From: Auanema rhodensis
Taxonomy: Eukaryota > Animalia > Nematoda
Assembly: GCA_964057225.1 (NCBI GenBank)
Contig: OZ059896.1
Span: forward strand, 8,122,001 to 8,186,000
Length of the DNA: 64,000 nucleotides
Direction: 5' to 3'
Shown here: positions 55,301 to 64,000 of the stretch, piece by piece
Position numbering within the stretch: the first letter of the stretch is position 1
Layout of the letters: every line of letters starts with the position of its first letter
Notes under the pieces: model-generated
What the model was told of the DNA's origin: nothing
Databases searched by the model: none
What the model saw: the letters and a program-made list of their open reading frames with translations, nothing else
Made by a program: the position numbers and the translations under genes

Positions 55301-55921
55301 TCAAAAAATTTTTAAATGTGGAAATGGATGATAGACATATATGATAATCGCATGACGATATTGTTTCAGAATGAAATTATAGCGAAATAGTGAATAAGCG
55401 TAGAATAATCCTTCATGCAACAAGAAGAGTGTTCAGTTTTGCTCGTATTTCCTTTTTTAAATCCGAACAAATGATGTCATGTTGATGTCATTGAGCGAAC
55501 CCGTTTTCAGTTCTGCGGAAGCTGGGTTCGTATGTACTCCGATCATTTAAGACGAGATGACAACTGTGTAATTTACAATAACATATCATGTTGTATGATA
55601 TGTAGCTATAGCTTGCAATTACATAGCCTGATTCGAGTAGATAATCAGAATTCGCAAATTTTCTACTTTCATATCGAATTCTTCTTATTTCATATATTTT
55701 TATTTTGGAAACAGTGCATAGATTTAAGTTATTTGGTCAAAAATAGAACATTTCTTCATATTTTTGATTTGCAGAACATGACTCGTTTTGGAAATATTTA
55801 ATATAGTCAGTAAGAAACCAACCTGTCGGCCTCCTAGGGTATCGGGAGCGGTGTTGGTCGCAGCCTTTGCTGCTCCAACACCAAGAATATCGTCGGAAGT
55901 CACATTGCGGGCTTTTTTCAT
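49376..55921 (-). CDS. mca-1: Plasma-membrane Ca2+-ATPase (P2B) MCA-1
   Basis: [59 protein letters not shown], poly-Ser insert, CaM-binding region GKSLWVRG and [16 protein letters not shown] as in MCA-1. First exon MKKARNVT.. at 55823-55921. Confidence 0.95.
54474..54512 (-). CDS. Alternative short first exon of mca-1 ([13 protein letters not shown])
   Basis: ATG-initiated 39-nt exon ending GAG|GTATAG, phase 0 like the shared VSGKEFGC exon; TACAG acceptor about 24 nt upstream. Confidence 0.6.
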
Positions 55922-58900
55922 TACACGATCACTCAAATCAACAGTAGTCAGCTTTGGAGACAAAGATTGGGGGCAGAGCTTTCGGCTCGGTGCCTTTCCC
56001 TGAAAGAAAAAGAAAAGAAATATGAGAATGTAGAGCTATAACAATAAGATTATAATAAAGATAATAGTAGAAAATGAATTCACAAAATTAAAATATTGGA
56101 TTATGAGGATCAAGATGTTTGTTTATTGTTTTTTTTCCGATTTTTAAGAACTTTAATTGTTTCAGATGATGATGTAAAATAAAAATAGAAATCAAGAAAA
56201 TATGAATGTAATAAACATAAACATTTCTAATTATTTTTAATAAAATAAATTTGATAATTGAATAATATATAAGGGAGAATTCAGAATGTATATAAGAAAA
56301 GAAGAAATTAATTGAATAAAAGTATGATTATAAGGTTAAATGTTGAATAGTGATAGGAACGACCTGACATATTAGATCTCAGATAAGATTGCTCATTAGC
56401 AGAACAGATCTTTGTTTTAATTAAAGTTATTAAGAAAAATAATACAATTGAACAGTCTCAATACAAAATCAAAATAAGAAATTGAAAAACATTAAATGTT
56501 ATTATAAGAAAAAAATATTTTTTTCATAATTACGTAGAATATAGAATTATTTGTTCTTCCTATATTTTAATTTTTCAAAATTTTCTACTGTATTGAAAAT
56601 GGAATAAAATGTTTTTTTTTGTAAATTTATTGAGTGAACAGGGAATGAAACTGATAAAACTGTTGATGATCAGCTATTTAAGGCCCTCTCTTGAAATTAT
56701 GCAAATCGCATCATGCGATGATGATAAGCTGGAAGTCGGGTTAACAGCAAAGTTGTCAATTTCGAGTAAAACAACTGATCTGAATCATTTCTATGTTACT
56801 CTCTATTGAAATATATTCTCTCTAATATTGTCTATTCTTCTTTTTCTCTCATTTTTTATCCTTTTCTCTCTTTTAGCTTATATGGTCTCTCAAGAGCATT
56901 TCATACGTTCTATACCATGTACTCAAAAGTTCTCTACCATACAATTCATGTATTTAAACTCTCTCAACTTTCTTTTCAAATTTCTTTCTCTATTCTCCAT
57001 ACTAGCTCTCACATTTTAGATCATACATTACTTAAACTCTCTCACAATTCTAACATGTAATCATTTTGTTCATGACTTATACTGCCTACAGTGATTTGCT
57101 CTTGAAATTTAATATACATATAGTAACTGCAACTGTTTCCAATTTTTCCAATTTCATTTTGCAATAAAAAAAAGATTATTTTCAACTTTGAGAAGCAAAA
57201 ACAGCTGCAACATATCTTGGAAGTTAGAACATTGGACAAGCTAAACTTCGGTTACACTAACACGCCATCACATAAGTCATTTATTTGTACAGTTCAAATA
57301 TTAATCTTATTCTTATTAACATTTCTATTCAAATTTTTGTTAAACATGATTCAAATAATAGTTAAGATATGAATGTTGTTATAACTTTTTTTAAAAAAAA
57401 AAAGTAATCGCTATATACTACATGTTTCATAATTGAATAGCAGAAGATGACTTATAATTCTTTTTTTTTGGGTTTGATATCATGAATTTCAGCAAACTTG
57501 ATAAAAATAAATAAAAATGAATAATATACTTTAGATTAATTATGAAAAAGATTTTGTTAACAATCAAGAAATGTTTTAAGAATCATAATTTATCCTGTAG
57601 AAAGATAAATCATGTTGACAACATACGTACATACACATGATTCTGAGAAAACGGATAGAAAATCATATATGATGAATTCGCCTAATTAAAAATCTTCAAG
57701 TTATAATAAAAATATATATATATATATATATACATAAAAAATAGAATTTAGAAAACAATTGTTTCCCAAACACATGATTAAAAGAATTTTTTCCTAATTT
57801 TCTAAATATAATTAGAACATAATTTTCTATGATAAAATGGTTAAGAAAAAAAAATAAACATATACTTATTGATTATTTAAATTAAATAATTAACATACCT
57901 ATATTATATAAATTAAAATTTTAAGGAATATATCTAATACTTTACTTTATATTTAATGAAAATAATGATTAATTAAGGCTTTTTCACACAATATCAAAGA
58001 TTAAATAGAACTAAACCTTGATGGAAAAAGTACAAAAAACAAAATGATAAATTATGTACAAGATATAAGCTAAATCAAAGATTAAATGGGGACTGGTATT
58101 TGTAATCACGTTCATATGTATATGGCATAGCACCGATGAATCTTCTTCCTACTGTTATGTTAATCTAAGAAAAAAACATAACAGAATAGAATATATACAT
58201 GTATATATGTATATATATATATTTATTATATGATATCATATATTTATCTAATTCATAAAATTTAAATTTTCCAAATGCTTTTCAATGCATTCAACTTGAT
58301 ACGTCGTTGATGATGATGATGAGGAGGAGGAGGAGATGGACGGGTCATGGAATTTCAAGTTTTTCTTTTTGTTTGATGAGTCAAATTGTTTTGAATATTA
58401 TCTTATTTATAAAAAAGTATATATCATATATTATATGTATATTAACACATTATTAAAACATTTCATTTTTTATGTTTTTAATGAAAAGATTCGATATTCG
58501 TGATAAATGAATTGTAAATCATATTGGTACATATAGAAGATATGATTACACCCATATGATCTCTCTTTTTCCAATTGAAAAATAGACGAAAAAGACAAAA
58601 AAAAACTTTGTTCTTCCATCATCACATGTCATATTGGCAAACCAAATATAATTTATGCTTGGTTTCAAATCGGGACGTCAATTTCCAATAAAGAAAAATA
58701 ATAATTTTTGATCTATCTACTTTGTAAACATGCTTTATAATATTTTTTTCTAATGGATGATTCAATTCAAACTTTTAATTTTCAAGACATTTTCTCAAAT
58801 TGTTTAAAAATGTTTAATTTCTAATATTTCAATTGTTTTAACTATCATAATAATATATTTTTTAATAAAATCATACTGAAAAATACTTGTGGGTGATCGT

Positions 58901-59699
58901 TTATATCATAGTACAAGCGATGATTATGATAATTCGGTCATTGTCGTCATGAATATAACTATTCAACTGGTTAACCAAACTAAAATTCAGAAAAAAAATA
59001 ATTAAAACTTGAATAATGCTGTTGCTGTATCAATGGAACAGAGTTACTGTGTAATGAACGTTAAAGTTCAAAATTTTGTTGCGATTAGTATGCCATATTT
59101 GAAAACTTCGGAAAATCAATATTCCTATATATTTTTCATGAAAAAAATATAAAATTGAAGTTGATATTCTAGTTAATATTCTTAATTATTATTTTTGTCT
59201 CAACAAACTATCAAATGTTTATTATTGAATTAAGTTTTGATTATAAAATATACAGTGTTCCTTCTCATACATTATGTATTCAGTGCATATTCCGTGGCCA
59301 AGAATGATCATAACATACCGCTTAAAGACAAAGCTTTTAACTCAATTATTGTTTTTTGAATGTTTTCTTCTGTTAATCTGGCACAGTAATAGCTATCGAG
59401 ATTTTCCTTACAATTGAAATCAAGATTTTCGCAAATGGCGAACACACACAAGGTAGAACACAAGTTTTGTTTTGTTCACATACGACATACAGTTTAGTGA
59501 AAGCCATAAGATTCTTTTTCCCGAATTTGTTATTATCTAAAAGTAAAATGTTTTTGATTACAAGAGAGATGAATATGAAGATGTAACTTCTTAAAAGGAT
59601 TAAAATTCTATATTTAAAAATATAAAATCAAAAAATATTTGATTATTTTTTGAAATATTTATTAAATTCTTATTATTATTATTGTTAAAAAAAAACAAA

Positions 59700-60619
59700 T
59701 CAATTAGATCTATAGGATGGGAACATAATTCTGAGCAATGTATCAACATCTTGAACAATAGCATCATCAGTTTCAGCATCAGTAGCCTTGATCTGATTGC
59801 TTGAAGGCTCTTCTTCACTTGAATTAATCATTTCCTCATCAACCTCGATCTCATTTTGAACTTCAGTAGGTGTTGTTTTCAAAAGTTTTGGATGACGCTT
59901 CTTCTGTCTGAAAATGAATTTTTATTTTCATACATATGTTTATGATTTTAGGGTTTGAAATGGTAATAATAGAATGAACATACGTAAGATTCATACGGCA
60001 AGCTAATCTGAAAGTGGTTTCTTCTTGATCACATGGTGATGCTCTCCAGAAGAACCAATCATTCTTACGCTGTTCGATACCAAATGTCTCAGAAGTTGAG
60101 CATCCAGGAACAGAAGGCTGGAATAAACATGAGAGTTAGAGATTCGTTCGTAAAACCTTGTCATTACTTTCTCAACTACAAAAGCATTTTCGGCATCTGG
60201 ACATTGAAGTGGGCACCATTCGATGACTTCTTCACGAATTGTATTGAATTCCTAAAATATGATATTTATTCAATTGTTTATACTAATTTTATTTTTGAGA
60301 TTAATATAAATTTTTGCCTAATTATAAATTGATCAAATAGTATTTCTTTAGAAAATAAGAAGAACAAACCTTAAAGCATCCATTATCGTTAACAGCATCC
60401 CATTCCTCATTTCCTTCAAATGATAAACGACAATCTACTGTTGATCCTAATTTTTTACATTTGTAATCACGGAAATCTAAAAAAAATATTTGAAAACTTG
60501 TTTTGTAAATATAAAATAGAATAAAGAAATAATGCTATAAACTCACTATTAACTAAGAAGTCAGCAGTAGCTAAAGCTGGAAGAAGTAACAAGGCAATGG
60601 AAAGCTTATTGCACTTCAT
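59700..60619 (-). CDS. Small secreted Cys-rich nematode protein with an acidic C-terminal tail, function unknown
   Basis: Signal peptide MKCNKLSIALLLLPALATA; 5 exons: FRDYKC..DCRL..GCFKE..WCPLQCPDA..GC..RKNDWFFWRASPC..FRLAC, then KKR and an E/D-rich tail; 8 Cys in the mature domain. Confidence 0.85.
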
Positions 60620-63600
60620 ATTGGAATAAAAATGGCTATACGTAATGAAGGTGTAGACGGTATTGAAGGATTATAGGATAGAGGAAAGAGGGCGGGACCT
60701 GTTCGTTCGGTTTATGTCTTCATGATGGGTTGGAGGATCAGGATTAATCATCAGGTGGCTGACAAGAACTGTTTTTGTTCGTTTTTATGTTGCTTGTCCT
60801 ATTTGTGGTCTATTAAGTGTATGTATGGATTCATTTATCTATTTCTACCTCGTTTTCCTTTTTTATCTTCTCATCCATCATTTTTCATTTTTATTTACAT
60901 TGTTTTACACAGGTTAGACAGAAAAGCTTCTCTAACCATAACCAATGAGGGCTTATCTGGAAGCATTCAGAGAACTAAAGATGTAGACGATGATGTCGGC
61001 GTTTGCGCCTTCAGAAGAGAAGCACGATTCCTGAAAAAAAACTTGTCAAGCCACCTAACGAGATCAAAAGAAGGACAATGAAATGAAATGAAAGGATAAA
61101 AAGAATAAACGAGATTTCATACGAGAGGTCAGACAATCAGATGTCCTGTTTACAGCTGACTATACCGAAATCTGGTAAAAAAGGAAAGTCGAAACAGAAA
61201 CGAAAAAATAAGAAGGTGAAATTTCTAAAAATGATAATAAGCCGAGATAAAATGAACAGGATTTATAAAATGAAACAAAAGATAAATGAAGAAAAACGGA
61301 TTTTCTTATCATATTCAATTTTAATTTCAATTTTTCTTTGTTATGGCCATTTGAGCTGAAAGCATAATATGGAAAGGGAAGAAGCATTTCTTTATTTAAT
61401 TCCATTACTTTAGAAATATAATTCTAATATTGAAGACAAAATAAAATTGAAGAAATACTTGATATTTTTAGCAAAAAAAATAATATTTTTTTAAATTTTT
61501 TTCAAATATACCATTAGATATCTCAACATATTGACATGTTGACCGTGAAATCAAATGATGATACCTATAACACTATGATATATGTGAGAAACATATGTTG
61601 TCATCTTCTGTACATAATACACCACCTTGATATCTTTTCTTTTTTTTTACAAAAAAAAAATAAATTGCTTAGATCTTCAAATACTTTATCTATCTTTCTC
61701 AAATACATCAATATTTATAATAAAATACAAATTTTATTACAAAAAATATAAATCATCTTCTCATTATACATATATGATCTATATATTATTTTTAAATGTT
61801 TTCAATTATAGTAATATTTCTGCAAAAATAATCTTAAAATTAATTAAAAAAATATAATTTAAATGCTTTTTATAATTTTTTATATGATATTATATAAATA
61901 AAAAAATAATTAAATTAATCAAATATGAAAAAAAAAAACTTTAATTCCTTACTTACAAATCTTAGTAATAGATTAAGTTTTGCATGTATGATGTACGCTA
62001 AATGCAAATATAATATTCTTTATATATGTATGAACTTACAATAAACTCTTCTAGGTGCATACAACATTTATATGTTAAATTTAAAAAATACAGCTCTTAT
62101 GAATCATGTAAATACTAATAGTATTATACTTTTTTCTAAAAATAAAATAATATTATTTAAATAGTTAAATCATATAATAATATATAATTCTTCTTGTATA
62201 CTATATGTATTTATATTATATATACTATACGTACATCTTCAGTATATAATGTATATGAGTACATGCTTCATATATAAATCAATTAATACATTTGAAATTT
62301 AAGTTTTATTATCTTATTCAAGTGCCAACAAATTTTTTTGCAGATCTATTCTGTTATCATACCGTTTCAATGAAATACTACGAAAAATCTTGAAATACTA
62401 AGTAAACGTCAGGCTATTCTACTTATCGTATGTTCAATATTGATAATGGATGTCATCAGATCTTCAAGTATGTCTTTTGGCATTACAGGTCTTCAAATGG
62501 TCCTCTGACGTCATATTTAGGCTATCACCAGCAGTTTATCATTAGTTTGCATCACGAGAAGTATAAAGGCCGAGAATGTGTGTAATGATAAATTACTGTT
62601 ATTCCTTGGAAGTGGAATTTAATGATTTTTCAAAATCACGGGTTTTATCTAAAGTGTTCTTTTCTGTAGCTTGATATGTAGCTTGGCATGTAGCTTGATA
62701 TGGTATCTGATACCATCATATACCTATGTATATCGTAATTGGTTTATGAAGTCTTTGCTATTCAAAACATTATTCCATTGTCCATCATCCACCGTAGCCT
62801 TGTGTTCATATATGTTTTGAATATATAGAATAATCACGTAATATCTATGTCTATTCGTTGTCTTCTTCGTTCCATTTTAATCTTTGAATTACCATTTGTA
62901 CTATCCATTCTTTTCATTAAAATAAAACTTTTCTAAACATTCCTTTAATATTTGATAGCTTTTGTTCTTCCAAAACTCTACAGTTGCATTATGGTAAAGA
63001 TAGTAATAGTGTGTAAGGGTTCATAGACTCTTCATCTTGTTTATGCCAATTTATCTTCTGAAATCTACTATTTATATTCTATATTTCATCATTTCGGATA
63101 GTACATCTTGTAGTCGTACTTCAATCTGTTTTTCTATTCTTTTCATTACTTTTTTCAACATTTTCAATGATTTCTATTCACTTTTTGTGGTTAGAAAAAA
63201 ATTCTTGTCATTCCTTTATTCTCCTCAACAAAGTTTTGACGATTTCGAAAAAAAAATGTTTCAGATGACGTTAAAGAATTTCGGGTAATAAGCGAAAACA
63301 TATCCGCAAACAACTTCTAGTTGGAACGAATGTTGTATTGCTCTGTATTTAAAAATATTAAAAGAAATAACCAAACCTTATGAGCATATTTTGTAACAAT
63401 TTGTACTTTAATTAAACCTATTTTCTTTTAAATCCCGAACAAGGGTAAATGGCAGTTTGCCACATTCTGCTTATGCCATCTGGAATTTTTCGTCGTTTGA
63501 ACCAGTCTAATCGAACTCTTTCTGTGTCTGCTTTCTCGATTGCATTTCGCTCCCCAACATCACTCAGGCCAATGTGTCTTGAACTCTCTGTTCTTTCTGC

Positions 63601-64000
63601 TCTCTCTAAGCTCTGAGGCTTAATGGTCTTCTGGATGTCTATCGCAGTGGCTCACAGATGCAACTTTATGCGTTTTCTCCCATTTCTCCAATCTCTCTCT
63701 CAGTTTTATCCACTTTCTCCACTCTCTTTTGCTCTCTTTGATATATCTTCCACTCTTTCTTTTCATCTTCCTCCATTTCATCCAGACTCTTTTCGCTCTG
63801 TCCAGCCGTTGTTCTTCTTTTACTTCTACTCCCACTATTTCTTTCTCTCTCTATATCTTTTGCTCCCTCTACATTTGCTATACTCTCTTCTAATTTGCAA
63901 TTAAAGCATAGGACCATCTTTCATACTACTCCGCTTATTTTTTTCCCTAATCTTCTCTTTTATATCCTACTTTTCGATTCGTTTATTTTTTTTTCTAGTA

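Noticed and set aside
62664-62716. Three 12-nt-period TGTAGCTTG repeats plus a small hairpin
   Set aside because: Too short, with no convincing ORF or element boundaries.

Overview
AT-rich, intron-dense genomic DNA of a rhabditid (clade V-like) nematode. Evidence: typical introns of about 40-55 nt, TTTCAG/TTTAG trans-splice-type acceptors just before start codons, and proteins closely resembling C. elegans TSP-12, OSM-9 and MCA-1. The species cannot be named from sequence alone. I assembled 15 spliced protein-coding genes by hand. In window order: leprecan/CRTAP-like gene (runs off the left edge, with an antisense tRNA-Lys(CTT) in an intron), mitochondrial ferredoxin, tsp-12, PIG-S, osm-9 TRPV, an HNF4-type nuclear receptor (nhr-4-like) with two first exons and a ~16 kb microsatellite-rich upstream desert holding a Tc1/mariner MITE, an acidic disordered protein, a six-gene minus-strand operon candidate (ACTL6/swsn-6, two MIA40 paralogs, TMEM185, DPH4/DNAJC24, RABL3), an SLC22A18-like MFS transporter, PMCA mca-1 with alternative first exons, and a small secreted Cys-rich protein. 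The most striking feature is the DPH4-RABL3 junction, which has no intergenic space. A 43-nt intron joins DPH4 to a 9-nt terminal coding segment whose TAA overlaps the RABL3 ATG (TAATG). This implies a dicistronic mRNA and a 3' splice site that may serve both cis- and trans-splicing. Short uORFs that stop on or next to the main start codon also appear possible at DPH4, swsn-6 and TMEM185 in the same cluster. All exon structures are manual inferences without RNA data; C. elegans comparisons are from memory, not searches.
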